DNA of 64,000 nt from an uncultured delta proteobacterium (GCA_963822965.1 CAWGJT010000005.1:1344001-1408000); one strand, 5' to 3'; positions 34,102 through 44,051 are shown, counted from the stretch's first letter. The notes: generated from the sequence alone by a model not told the origin. Numbers and translations are program-made.

Positions 34102-34798
34102 TCACTGGGGTGATGACGTCGCTTCGCGGGCGAGGGCCAAGAGTCGCGACGGCCCGACGGGCTCGTCGGGTAGAAACGGGACGATCGCGAGCCGATGGGC
34201 CAAGCGATCTCGCAGGGCCTCGATGGGTTCGAACTCCGCGAGCGCTCGCTCCACCGGGATGCGATCTCGGGGTGCGGCCGCCGATAGACTCGCATTGATG
34301 ACCCAGGCGAAAGGCTCGACGCCCGCACGACGTAGGTCCTCTTGAAGAGATTCCGCCTCTAGAACGGGCATCGTCTCCGCCGTCGTGACGAGAATGACCT
34401 TCGTGTAGTCGGGATCTCGCAGCCGCATGAGCGGCGTAGTGACATGGCTCGATACCTCCTTGGTCTTGTCCATGACTTCGCGGTGATAGGCGCCCGTGGT
34501 GTCCAGAAGTAGAAGCGTACGGCCTGTGGAGGCCGTGTCCATGACGATGAATTCCTGCCGAGCTTCTCGCGCGATTCGAGTGAACGCCAGGAATACCGCC
34601 ACTTCCTCGTAGCACGGAGATTGTAACTCCTCATCGAGAAGCTCGAGGTTCTCCGGAGTCAACTGGCCGCGATTCTTGTCGAGCGTCTCCTGTCGGTATC
34701 GCTCGAACTCTTCGCGAGGGTTGATTCGGGTGACTTCGAGGCCCGGAACCTCTGCCTCGAGCGTCTCTGCGAGGTGCGCCGCCGGGTCGGTCGTCGAC
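34102..34798 (-). pseudogene. arsA: Arsenical pump ATPase C-terminal fragment, cut at a repeat
   Basis: STTDPAAHL, SPCYEE, MDTASTGRTLLLLD (degenerate DTAPTGHT). Confidence 0.85.
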
Positions 34799-34879
34799 CA
34801 TAGGACGAACAATCCCGGTTCTGAGTTGAAGTCCGGGTAGTGGCCTTATGTCAAACCCCTCAGGGGTCCCGGCGGCGGG
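34799..34879 (-). repeat. Mini-element copy, subfamily B
   Basis: CATAGGACGAACAATCCCGGTTCTGAGTTGAAGTCCGGGTAG...CCCCTCAGGGGTCCCGGCGGCGGG. Confidence 0.9.
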
Positions 34880-35085
34880 CGATCCGAAAAACTCGACGCT
34901 CACGAACACGCTGAATTCGTCCTCGAATGCGAAGAGGACGGTCACGTACGAGGTGTCGAAGAGGAAGTGGGAGTCGCGATCCAGATCCTCCGGAAGGAGC
35001 AGATCTGGGAACGCGGTCATCTGTCCACCCGGCTGGACCTGGTTGAGCGGACCTTCAATGGGCGATACGAATGAGTTGCCCGCGC

Positions 35086-35167
35086 CCCGCCGACGGGACC
35101 CCGGAGGGGTTTGACATAACGTCCCTGCCCGGGCAGCGAGCCAGAACCGGGCTTGTTCGCCCTAATC
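35086..35167 (+). repeat. Mini-element copy, inverted relative to 34799
   Basis: CCCGCCGACGGGACCCCGGAGGGGTTTGACATAA...GGGCTTGTTCGCCCTAATC. Confidence 0.85.
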
Positions 35168-35189
35168 CTCGGCGTTGTGTCGCCGCGCG

Positions 35190-35356
35190 TATGCCCTCGA
35201 GTTCCCGGCCGAGATCGGGCTCCCTGATGAGGTCGTCGGGTTCGACACACTCCTCGGGCCCAACTTCAGCATCCTGCCCGAGCCTGCCACGGGCGCCCTC
35301 TGGCTCGCGGGCCTCGCCCTCGCACTGAACCGTGGGCGCCCCCGATCCCGCCCCGA
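35190..35356 (+). pseudogene. PEP-CTERM C-terminal fragment
   Basis: ILPEPATGALWLAGLALALNRGRPR; followed by repeat remnant GTCCCGGCGGCGGG. Confidence 0.65.
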
Positions 35357-35895
35357 AAGGAGTCCCGGCGGCGGGCTGCCCGTTCTGCTTGCCCCGGGCT
35401 ACTCGCGAGTTCGACTCCACGACAGGCCGCACGCCGCCGTCGCCGCGAGGCCTAGAGGCAGCGCCAGCCTTCAGGCGCGCCCTGCGCGAGGAGCCGGAGG
35501 CTTAGAGCCCATCTCATAGACCCGCTCGGTCGCCAGGCGGCGTCTTCGCCCCGATCTCATCGTTGCGAAACCTCGCCGTAGGTGCACAAGGTTGTGGACA
35601 AGACGATGGAGCCGCTCGCCGGGAAGCGCAGGCCGCGCCGGTAGCGGCGGGCGGCCGATCGTGCCGAGAGCGGGTACGCGTGCGGGGGGATCGCGGCGCC
35701 CGTGGCCCCAGAAGAGCTCCGGCGCGGGGCTCCGGGCGAAGGCGCTGTCCACCGGCACGAAGGGGAAAGAGGAGCTCCGTTTCGCAGAGTTCGGTTGGTG
35801 CCCGCAGCTCCTGAACGGATGCGCCGCGCATCCCTACGACGAGTACCTCTGGGACAGGAGCTCAGTCGATCGCTCCGCCGTCGCCGAGAGCCGGG

Positions 35896-36243
35896 TCAGC
35901 TGGCGCTGTGCGGCTCGCCGCCGTGACTCAGACAGTCGTCGCGCTGCATGTACTCGGTGCCTCCCCGGATCTGGCAGCGCACGATGCCTTCGTCGATTTC
36001 ACCGGTGTTGAGGGACCTGGCCTCCTGCCACCACTGCTTCATCCCCTTCTGCACCTGGGCCTTCTTTTCCGCCAAGGATCCGGGCGGGCGGGTCTCCTTC
36101 GCGCTGGAGCCGGCGTTGGTCTTGGTCTTCTTGGTCTTGTCGTAGCGTTCCATGGCTGCGTTGCTCTTGTCGAGCTCCTGCAGGACGGGGCAACCCGTGC
36201 AGGCAAGCGATACGCAGATGACGAGGAGTGCCCGGAGGATCAT
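35896..36243 (-). CDS. Small hypothetical lipoprotein
   Basis: MILRALLVICVSLACTGC lipobox-like; C-terminal Cys pair. Confidence 0.6.
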   Translation of the reverse strand: MILRALLVICVSLACTGCPVLQELDKSNAAMERYDKTKKTKTNAGSSAKETRPPGSLAEKKAQVQKGMKQWWQEARSLNTGEIDEGIVRCQIRGGTEYMQRDDCLSHGGEPHSAS

Positions 36244-36493
36244 GCTGTGTATATCGACGGCTCCGGATTCCGGCTTGAGACGCGAAGCGCTCGGCTCCCG
36301 CGCCTCGAGGTCAGCGAGGCGGTGGCCACCGGGAAGGAGCTGCGGTTTTGGTACCGGCGTCGCAACGCGTCGTCCCGGCGGCGGGTGGCGAGACGACGTC
36401 GGATGAGGCAGCCTGAACCCGGGTGCGCCGATTCCCGGCGCAGGCATCCCGGAGCGGTCGGGCCGCCCTCCGCGTCGACAGCCGTCGTGGGAC

Positions 36494-36573
36494 CATAGGA
36501 CGAACAAGCCCGGTTCTGAGTTGAAGTCCGGGTAGTGCCTTGTGTCAAACCCCTCAGGGGTCCCGGCGGCGGG
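36494..36573 (-). repeat. Mini-element copy, subfamily B, downstream of the IS91 transposase remnant
   Basis: Near-identical to 34799-34879. Confidence 0.9.
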
Positions 36574-36975
36574 GCGATTTCAAGCTGCGGAGTCGCTGGG
36601 CCGGCGTCCGCAGCGGCTCGGGGGGAGATCTCGAGGCGAGCGGGGGCCTACGGGGCGCGGATTGGGCCGATGCCGGGGGCACCTTCTGGGCCTGCTACCA
36701 GGGATCGGCGAAGGCTGGGGTCTGATCGAAGTCGTCCGCTGCGTGATCTCCATCGACTCGCGCCGCGCCAGCCCGCGCCGGGAGTATCGGTGGGGCGCGG
36801 ACCGGCAGGTCGAGACAGGCCAGGATCTTCGCAGCCACCTCGGGGTCTTCGATCGCAGCGAGCAGGCGCAGACCGGCACCGCACTGCAGACACCGAAGCG
36901 CGTCGCGGTGAATCTTCGATTCACAAGCGCTTGGCCAGCGTAGCTGGCCCGCGATTTCGAATACCCGCATCAAGA
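36574..36975 (-). mobile_element. IS91-family transposase C-terminal remnant with its 3' end
   Basis: LMRVFEI[insert]DALRCLQCGAGLRLLAAIEDPEVAAKILACLDLP...PP; downstream GCTTGAAATCGC oriIS-like start. Confidence 0.75.
36905..36952 (-). repeat. 48-bp double-hairpin insertion
   Basis: GCGG-GCCAGC-tac-GCTGGC-C-AAGCGCTT-GTGAATC-gaa-GATTCAC-CGC. Confidence 0.85.
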
Positions 36976-37026
36976 GCCGTGCCCAACAGATCCGGTACGC
37001 GCGAGCCCGCTCCGCGTCCTCGAGAT

Positions 37027-37297
37027 ATCGACAAGCAGAACGTCATCCGGATGAACCGCGACACGCTCTACAGCCTTGGTGTGGTCGACATCTCCAAGGG
37101 CGCGACCGTGACCATGCTCGATGCGGGCAAGCGGCATATGTCGCTGATGATCATCAACAACGATGGATACGTGGACAAGGTCTTCTACGGCGGCGGCGCC
37201 CATGAGCTAACCGTCGGCCAATTCGACACGCCTTTTTTCGGCGTCGTCATCCGAACGCTTGCGAACCCCGAAGACCCGGCGGATCTCGCGGCGGCCC
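37027..37297 (+). pseudogene. Diverged 271-bp copy of part of the DUF1254 gene (9251-9521)
   Basis: IDKQNVIRMNRDTLYS...NPEDPADLAAA; about 11 substitutions by eye. Confidence 0.92.
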
Positions 37298-37377
37298 GCC
37301 GCCGTGACCCCGGAGGGGAGATCGACATAACACGCCTACCCGGACGTTCAGCCAAAACGGGGCTTATTCGTCCTATG
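37295..37377 (+). repeat. Mini-element copy, subfamily D
   Basis: CCCGCCGCCGTGACCCCGGAGGGGAG...GGGGCTTATTCGTCCTATG. Confidence 0.9.
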
Positions 37378-37680
37378 CCCCGACGCCAGCCTTCTTTGCG
37401 GCGCTTCCCCATGTTCGCCGCATCGATGTCTCGGACCACCAACGCGCGCCACGCCCATCGGGGTTCGGGAACAACGGGCTGTCCGGCCTCTGGAACCTTG
37501 TCTCTGATGTGACGTGCTCGTTGAGCCAGTCAGTCAGCATGAATTCGACCGCGGGCACCGTCTTGATGTTGCGCGACTTCAAGCCGCGGATGAGTCCCTT
37601 CGTAACACGATCTTTCGCGGCGCGGGCAACATGGATTTCATCGTCGCCGTAATCACGCACGCGCAGCACACGCGCCTCAC
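37378..37680 (-). pseudogene. Tyrosine recombinase internal fragment
   Basis: EARVLRVRDY...LKSR...LFPNP...SMRRTWGSAAKKAGV. Confidence 0.65.
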
Positions 37681-37681
37681 A

Positions 37682-38051
37682 TGAACCGCCCCGGGTTTGC
37701 CGGAGGTCCGGGAACGGGCGGTTCGGATGGTCTCGGACCACCGAGGCGACCATGGCTCGGTGAACCCTCGGTTGGGAGCGTCGGCGACTCGTACGACAAC
37801 GCGATGGCCGAGACGATCTTCGGCCTCTTCAAGGCCGAAGTGAACTGGCCCATGGCCCTTCGCGAAGTCTCGAGGAAGGCGAGTTCGCGACGCTCGAGTG
37901 GGTCGACTGATTCAACAACCGGAGGCTGCTCGAACCGATCGGCGATATCCCACCTGCGGAATTCGAAGCGATGTACTACGAAGCACCGGAGCATCCGGCC
38001 TTGGAGGCCGGAATCAACCAAACGAGTCTGCGGGATTCCCGGCTTGGTTCA
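37682..38051 (+). mobile_element. Internally deleted IS3-family element
   Basis: Termini TGAACCGCCCCGGG ... CCCGGCTTGGTTCA; SVGSVGDSYDNAMAETIFGLFKAE remnant. Confidence 0.85.
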
Positions 38052-38114
38052 CCCCTCCCGCCTGGAGGCCGTTGCGCTGACCCAGCCTGTGTAGTTGAAG
38101 GAGTCAACCTGACC

Positions 38115-39593
38115 CTAGTTCGCAGCCACGATCCCCGGCGGCTTCCAGCTGCCCTTCCCAGCCGGCAGGATCGACGGCGGCTCCGTCTTGGGCCAGTACA
38201 GTCGCATGACGAGGTAGATGGGGCCGTCCGGGGCCGGAAGCCAGTTCGATTTCTTGTCGGCACCCGGGGAGTCCTTCTGGATGTGGAGCGTCAACGAGCC
38301 ATCCGCGCCCTTCCTCAGGTCGGGCAACATCCGCGAGTTGATCAGGTAGCGGTCGATCGGGTTCTCGATCAGCAGCTGCGTCTTGCCGTCGTACATCGTC
38401 AACGACCAGAACGCGTTGACGGGCGGGTACTCGCCTTCCGCGAAGGTCAGCGTGTAGGCGTGCCGGCTGCCGTCCAGCGTCGCACCGGTGCCGTCGACGC
38501 GGGTCAGCGGATACACGGCTTCGGCGGCACTGGCGCCATAGATGCCGGCCTTGGCGGCTCCGGCGCGCTGGAGCCAGTTGCCGTCGTAGTGTTTGCTGTC
38601 GCCCGGGAGCGACCCGACCTGCCAACCGTTGATGTCCGTCAGGCCGGTTGCAAGGAACCGTTCGATCTTCTCGGCCCCGGCCTTCGAGCCTCGCTGGATC
38701 GCTGCCTTGTGTTCTGCGGGCAGCGCCTCCATGTGGATGGTCTTGCCCGGGCCGATGCCGATGCGGGCCAGTTTCGTCCGGATCGGCTTGCTCAGCGCCG
38801 TCTCGGGCACGAGCTCGAGGGCGGCATCGAGATACTCCCAGAAGTGGTCCTGGATGCCCGCGCTCGTGGCCGGGACGAAGTCGATCTTCGGCGCGGCCGG
38901 CGGGGTCGGCCGGCCCAGGAACTCCGACAAGGGTTGCACCCGGTAGCCCGATTGGACCTTGACGACGTTGGGCATGTCGTCGGCGTTCAGCAACTGCGTT
39001 CGGAAGGCGATCATGCTGAACGGCGTGCTCGACCGGAAGACCTTGTTGATCCCTTCCGGCTTCTCGCCCTTCCAGTCCGGGGCGACGACCATGTAGCTGC
39101 CGGCTGCGTTGCCCGTCGCACGACTACCGATGTACCCATAGTTGTAAGTGTTGCCGTCGGTAAGCTGCGCCGAGTAGTAGCGGCTCTTCTCGACTGCAGG
39201 GACCGAGACCACGATCGGTTCGGCGCGCAGATCCAGGAAGCCCAGGGAGTAGGGCGTATCGCTATTGGGTGTGATGATCGCCGTGTCTTTGTAGGTGAAG
39301 ACGCGCGCCTCGTTCTTGAAGTGGTTGAACGGCGCCTTGAACTGCCCCGAGTTCTTGTCGACGGCGTACTCGTTCATCACCGCATAGTTCATGACGATGG
39401 GCAGGCCGTAGATGAAGCCCGCCTCTGCGATCGCCTGGACCTCGGCGACGCTGGGCGCTGTGGCGGCCGCCTTCTCGCCGGGTTGCGCGACCGCGGGGGT
39501 GCCCCGGTCTTCCTGGCTGCACGCGGAGAGCAGGGCGAAGGACAGGATCGCGGTCGTCCCTGCCTGGATGGTCGAGTTGCGCAGACGCTTCAT
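38115..39593 (-). CDS. DUF1254/DUF1214 lipoprotein
   Basis: LSAC lipobox; TPNSDTPYS, GYIGSRATG, FWSLTMYD, NWLPAP. Confidence 0.88.
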   Translation of the reverse strand: MKRLRNSTIQAGTTAILSFALLSACSQEDRGTPAVAQPGEKAAATAPSVAEVQAIAEAGFIYGLPIVMNYAVMNEYAVDKNSGQFKAPFNHFKNEARVFTYKDTAIITPNSDTPYSLGFLDLRAEPIVVSVPAVEKSRYYSAQLTDGNTYNYGYIGSRATGNAAGSYMVVAPDWKGEKPEGINKVFRSSTPFSMIAFRTQLLNADDMPNVVKVQSGYRVQPLSEFLGRPTPPAAPKIDFVPATSAGIQDHFWEYLDAALELVPETALSKPIRTKLARIGIGPGKTIHMEALPAEHKAAIQRGSKAGAEKIERFLATGLTDINGWQVGSLPGDSKHYDGNWLQRAGAAKAGIYGASAAEAVYPLTRVDGTGATLDGSRHAYTLTFAEGEYPPVNAFWSLTMYDGKTQLLIENPIDRYLINSRMLPDLRKGADGSLTLHIQKDSPGADKKSNWLPAPDGPIYLVMRLYWPKTEPPSILPAGKGSWKPPGIVAAN

Positions 39594-39758
39594 GAGTACC
39601 CTCTTCGAGTTCGTCGGATCTCGAGACCCGATCGTCGGAGCGACCCGGCATGCGACGGGGAATCCCAGAAATGGCAAGGTATCGGAGGATGACACTGCTG
39701 CTGGACTTGGCCACCTGCCCCACGAAGCATCCGGAGGCGTCCGAGCGAAGTTGAGATC

Positions 39759-39802
39759 GTTCCCGCCGCCGTGACCCCGGCGGGGGTCACGGCGGCGGGA
39801 AC
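39759..39802. repeat. Perfect 20-bp inverted repeat built from the mini-element hairpin end
   Basis: GTTCCCGCCGCCGTGACCCC-ggcg-GGGGTCACGGCGGCGGGAAC. Confidence 0.9.
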
Positions 39803-39871
39803 AAGCCGGGTTCTGGGAGAAGGTCCGGGTAGCGCCTTGTGTCAGACCCCTCAGGGGTGCCGGCGGCGGGC
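39799..39871 (-). repeat. Mini-element copy, subfamily C, lacking the CCTAT tip
   Basis: GAACAAGCCGGGTTCTGGGAGAAGGTCCGGGTAG...GGCGGCGGG. Confidence 0.85.
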
Positions 39872-40032
39872 ATTGCCTCGTGCGGAAACCCGTAGCGCAC
39901 GTGCTTCTCCGAACACTCGCGCGCCATGTCGCACAGGCGCCGCCCCTCGTTGAGCAGACGCAGCGTCTTGTCCCGCGCCTTGGTAAAGTCCTCGATCGAG
40001 GCACGAACAGCAACGTCAGTCAGTCTTGACAT
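39872..40032 (-). pseudogene. N-terminal fragment of a hypothetical phage/plasmid-like protein
   Basis: GGAGG RBS + ATG; frame runs into repeat. Confidence 0.4.
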
Positions 40033-40232
40033 GGTTCTTCCTCCGCGTGATCCGCCAACTCGATAGCCTCGTATCGGGCCTCACCGTCACAGCTATCGCA
40101 GTAGTCACCCTTCTCAAACACGTTCTGCACGATCCACTCCTGCTTCTCGACACCCCACTGTACGTAGGCATCCGCCAGTACCTCGTCGCTACCACACTCG
40201 GTACACACCATCTTGATGCGACGTTCAGCCAT
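40020..40232 (-). CDS. Small zinc-ribbon protein (phage-like)
   Basis: CTEC...CDSC in 70 aa. Confidence 0.6.
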   Translation of the reverse strand: MAERRIKMVCTECGSDEVLADAYVQWGVEKQEWIVQNVFEKGDYCDSCDGEARYEAIELADHAEEEPCQD

Positions 40233-40294
40233 GTCGCTCTGCCTCGGCCAACCGCATCCGTCCCAGGCCGCGCTCCTTCAATAACTTGTTGGGG

Positions 40295-40371
40295 CATAGG
40301 ACGAACAAGCCGGGTTCTGGGAGAAGGTCCGGGTAGTGCCTTGTGTCAAACCCCTCAGGGGTCCCGGCGGG
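40295..40371 (-). repeat. Mini-element copy, subfamily C
   Basis: Direct repeat of 39799-39871 with intact CATAGG end. Confidence 0.9.
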
Positions 40372-40839
40372 CCGCTGTATCGGGCGGCCCACTTGCTCAT
40401 GGAAATCGGGTCGAGAGGATGAAACCGAGCGTTCTTGCAGCTGAACTCGGGAAGGACGAGAAGCCTTCTCATCCACCCGAGCGACTCTACGCCACTGGAC
40501 GGCCAAAGACGTGGACGCAAAAATGGGCGAGGTCGACATTCGGCTCACCTTCCGCCGAGAAAAGAAGGCAGCTCTCCTGGCGTGGTCCGACATTCCGCTT
40601 GTCGGCCAGGTCCGAGATCTCAAAGGGTCATTTTCTGTACATGGCGATACGATTAGCTCGGAGGCGATACGGGATGGAAAAGAGGCGACCTTTTCCTTTG
40701 AAAGCGACCAGTTGGTGCTGCGTTTCAAGAGCGGCAAAGTCGTGCGCTTCGACTTGGAATAGCGGTCGGCTCGACCCCCGAAAACGGGCTTGGCCGCCAC
40801 GTGCTCTTTTGAGCAGGCGGAAGACGGAAACCAAGAACT

Positions 40840-41154
40840 ATGAAAATCCAGATCAACACAGACAATCACATCGCAGGTCGCGAAGAACTGGCCGAGCAGG
40901 CCAAAGCTACGGTGGAAAGCACGCTCGGCCATCTGGCGAAGCACATCACCCGCGTCGAAGTGCATCTCAGCGATGAGAACAGCGACAAGGGCGGGAGCCA
41001 TGACAAGCGTTGCATGATGGAAGCACGCCTCGAGGGTCACCAACCCATTGCGGTTTCGAATGAGGCGGAGTCGATTGGCCAGGCGATTGATGGAGCGGCT
41101 GAAAAACTCAAGAGATCCCTTGACCACACACTCGGGCGATTGAGAGACCGTTGA
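40840..41154 (+). CDS. HPF/RaiA-family ribosome-associated protein
   Basis: MKIQINTD, ITRVEVHLSDEN, DKRCMMEARL. Confidence 0.85.
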   Translation: MKIQINTDNHIAGREELAEQAKATVESTLGHLAKHITRVEVHLSDENSDKGGSHDKRCMMEARLEGHQPIAVSNEAESIGQAIDGAAEKLKRSLDHTLGRLRDR

Positions 41155-41324
41155 AGCCCGTGTGCGTGAGCATCAAAGCCATCGTCGGGTGCCCACTGGA
41201 TTGATTCGCAGCGGCAACACAAGCGAATCGTCACCATGTGTAACCGCGGCATTGGCGCACATCAACGACACCGTTTGCCTCCAGCCGCCTTGTTTAGTGG
41301 CTGGCGGCTGGCGGCTGGACAAAT

Positions 41325-42212
41325 TTGTTCGAACCGATGCGAAAGTTATTGCTCCAAGTCGAGCAGTCAACCGGGTGGCGGGTTCTCCGGCGCGCTTACG
41401 CACGCTGGGTGAAGGCGGATGGCAACGAGGGAGCCGCCGCCTTTTCCTACTACCTGCAGATGTCATTTCTGCCGCTGGTCATCCTTCTGGTGACCGCCGG
41501 ATCGCTGTTCGTCGAGCGCGACGTGGCGACACAAGCGGTCGTGCAGTGGGTCAAACATTACGTGCCGCTGACCGGTGAACAGGAACACTCCGCCGTGGGG
41601 ACCATTGGCGGCATGCTGGCGGCGCGGGGCCAGATCAGCCTGACTGCGATTCCGTTGTTGCTTTGGAGCTCGCTGCAATTCCTTAGCGTGCTGATTCGGA
41701 TCACAAACCGCCTCTGGCATTCGCCGACTTACAATTGGTGGCGGTTGCCGTTGAAAAGCCTTGCCCTGCTCGGCATCACGGTGAGCGCCGTGTTGATCGG
41801 CATTTTGGTGCCCACGACGGCGCGGATGTTCCGGGAATGGCTCACGGCCCGGCTCGGATTTCCCGGTTGGATGTTCGCCATGATTTTTCAGCTCATTCCG
41901 TGGCTGGTTTTGTTCTACGGGCTGATCATGATTTACCGGCTGGCCCCCAGCCGGGCCACCCGGTTTTCCGAAGTCTGGCTCGGCGCGCTGGTCGCGACGC
42001 TCTTGATCTGGATTGGCGAATGGATGTTTCTGCTTTACGCGGTCCACATCACGAGCTTCAACGCCCTCTACGGCGCCTTGGGCGGCCTCGTGGCGTTCCT
42101 GCTGTGGATTTATCTCTCAAGCTGCGTCTGCGTGTTCGGCATCTGTTTTTGCGCGGCGCTGGCGGAGGTCCGGGCGAAATCCGATGGGCCGTTGCAACCA
42201 ACCAGCGGGTGA
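41325..42212 (+). CDS. YihY/BrkB family membrane protein
   Basis: AAAFSYY, IYRLAP, YGALGGLVAFLLWIYLS. Confidence 0.85.
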   Translation: MFEPMRKLLLQVEQSTGWRVLRRAYARWVKADGNEGAAAFSYYLQMSFLPLVILLVTAGSLFVERDVATQAVVQWVKHYVPLTGEQEHSAVGTIGGMLAARGQISLTAIPLLLWSSLQFLSVLIRITNRLWHSPTYNWWRLPLKSLALLGITVSAVLIGILVPTTARMFREWLTARLGFPGWMFAMIFQLIPWLVLFYGLIMIYRLAPSRATRFSEVWLGALVATLLIWIGEWMFLLYAVHITSFNALYGALGGLVAFLLWIYLSSCVCVFGICFCAALAEVRAKSDGPLQPTSG

Positions 42213-42257
42213 TGAACGTCGCACTTTCACTGGCCAACATAGATGAACGGTTGATTC

Positions 42258-42470
42258 ATGAACAAGCTCAAACAGCTCTGGAGCAACCTGCGGGGCAGCT
42301 TTTGGTTTTTGCCCTCGCTGATTGTGGCGGGGAGCATTGCGGTCGCGTTGTCCTTGATTCAAGCGGACACCGCCGGTGGCCAGCAGTGGATGTCCCGATG
42401 GCCGCGTCTGTTTGGTGCCAGCGCGGCGGGCACACGCGGGGTGTTGTCCACGATCGCCGGCTCGATGATG
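42258..42470 (+). pseudogene. DUF2254-type membrane protein N-terminal fragment
   Basis: LRGSFWFLPSL...GVLSTIAGSMM, then abrupt break. Confidence 0.65.
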
Positions 42471-42805
42471 CTCGAAGCCTTCGTAAGCCAGGAAGATGAT
42501 CATCCCGCCTGCGGCCAGTTGCAGCGGCGGCGACCATGAGCCTGGAGCGATTTGGGAGGCGTTGATGCCAACGGCACCGACGCCGACGAACAACAGCAGG
42601 ATCGCCAGCTTCAGTCCAACGATCCAAATCTCCGCTTTGCCGATCAACCCGGCGTTGAGCGGGTTCATGCCGGCAATCGCGACGACGGCGAGACTGATCA
42701 GCGCGTGTTTGCCAAGCCCCTGCCAGGCCTGCGGCAGAAACGTCGCACCGTAACTGCCGAATGCGTACGCGTACAGCGACAGCATCACCACGTAACTCAG
42801 CCACA
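42471..42805 (-). pseudogene. APC-family permease internal fragment
   Basis: YAYAFGSY...IFLAYEGFE. Confidence 0.7.
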
Positions 42806-42812
42806 GAGGATA

Positions 42813-43473
42813 AGTATCATAAGGGGATGGCGTCTGCGGGCAGCGACGTAAGTCCCCGAGACCAGACAGGTTGGTGCCTCCCGGCCCCGTTGGACATCCT
42901 CGAGTTGGATGAACGACAACCCCCAACGAGAGGAGGCACCGATGGAACGCTACATTGGGATGGACGTTCACGCTGCGAGCTGCACCTTGGCCGTGATCTC
43001 CGAGAAGGGACGCAAGCTCGAGGACTTCCCGGTCGAGACCAACGGCCAGGCGCTGGCGGGCCTCGTGCCTGTGTAGGGAATCATCATGGCAGACTGCCAT
43101 GATGATTCCCCATGGAGGCGGTCCGGATGATCCCGGGCCGCACCTGGCCCACGGCCCCGAGCCCCAAGGTCCGACGGATAAGCTATGCCCCTCCGAAGAA
43201 CCCAACGAAGCGATGGCCGACCGAGGCCCAGATGGAAGGATGGTTCCCACGTTGCCGTGGAGAGCACAACCGCCAACGAATCGCGCTGCGATCGGCTTGC
43301 CCGCGAACCGGGTCTTCGGACCGAGTCACTCGTAGAAGCTCCGCCGCCGCTCCGGTGGAGCCACGAGCACCATCTCTCAACTCGAGAGCGCCCGGCCAGA
43401 ACGGGAGCAGACGCCCGGATCGAAGAATCTGCGGCGATGGGGAAAGTGCGTCTTGCGCTCCGACCCTATGGAA
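42813..43473 (+). mobile_element. Internally deleted, non-autonomous IS110 copy
   Basis: Both ends match 56451-58139; only the 5' tip of the transposase remains; followed by a mini-element. Confidence 0.9.
43057..43112. repeat. 56-bp insertion with a 17-bp perfect palindrome (also at 46047-46102 and 51090-51145)
   Basis: GGGAATCATCATGGCAG-A-CTGCCATGATGATTCCC preceded by GTAG/GTGG; absent from the full IS110. Confidence 0.85.
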
Positions 43474-43551
43474 GGACGGACAAGTCGCATTCTTGGCGAA
43501 GGTCCGAGTAGGGGCCTTATGTCAATCGCCCTCCGGGGTCCCGGCGACGGG
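43474..43551 (-). repeat. Mini-element copy, subfamily A, interrupted at its tip by IS110
   Basis: Near-identical to 6118-6195. Confidence 0.9.
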
Positions 43552-44051
43552 CCAGGACCTGAATAGCCTTCAGTGGAGGACGTCGGAGGCGGGGCAGAAC
43601 CTGGCTTGGGCGAACCGCCTGCTCCGAGCTCGGCGGGACATGGCGCCCTGCTGGCCTTCGGCGAATACATGGGGCCTCTGGCAATCGAAAGCGGGAAACC
43701 CGCCTCGCAGGTCAAATCGAGAAATTGGTCAGCACGGCCTCTGAACAAGCCGTCTCGACCCTATTCTCGAGCAGCTCTGGAGTCCGCTCTGTATCGCGCT
43801 CCGGATGGGCGATACGCGATCGTCTTCGTGAATCTGAGCGAGGGGACTGCCGTGGCGACGTTCCGGATTCCGATCCCACTACGAGGCCTCCACGTCATGG
43901 AATCCGAGCAGCTCGACGAGTCGTCGCGCTACGCCGTAACGTCGTCCCGCCCCAGTTCATCGGACTTGCGAGTGATGCTGCCCGGTCGATCGGTTGGTAT
44001 CGTGCGATTGACCGAGAACTCGTTGCCGGTCGCGAGTCCAGGAATGCAACG

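Noticed and set aside
37378..37680. Tyrosine recombinase as the enzyme acting on the repeats
   Set aside because: Only a ~100-codon internal fragment cut on both sides; the repeats lack the symmetric core-site layout.
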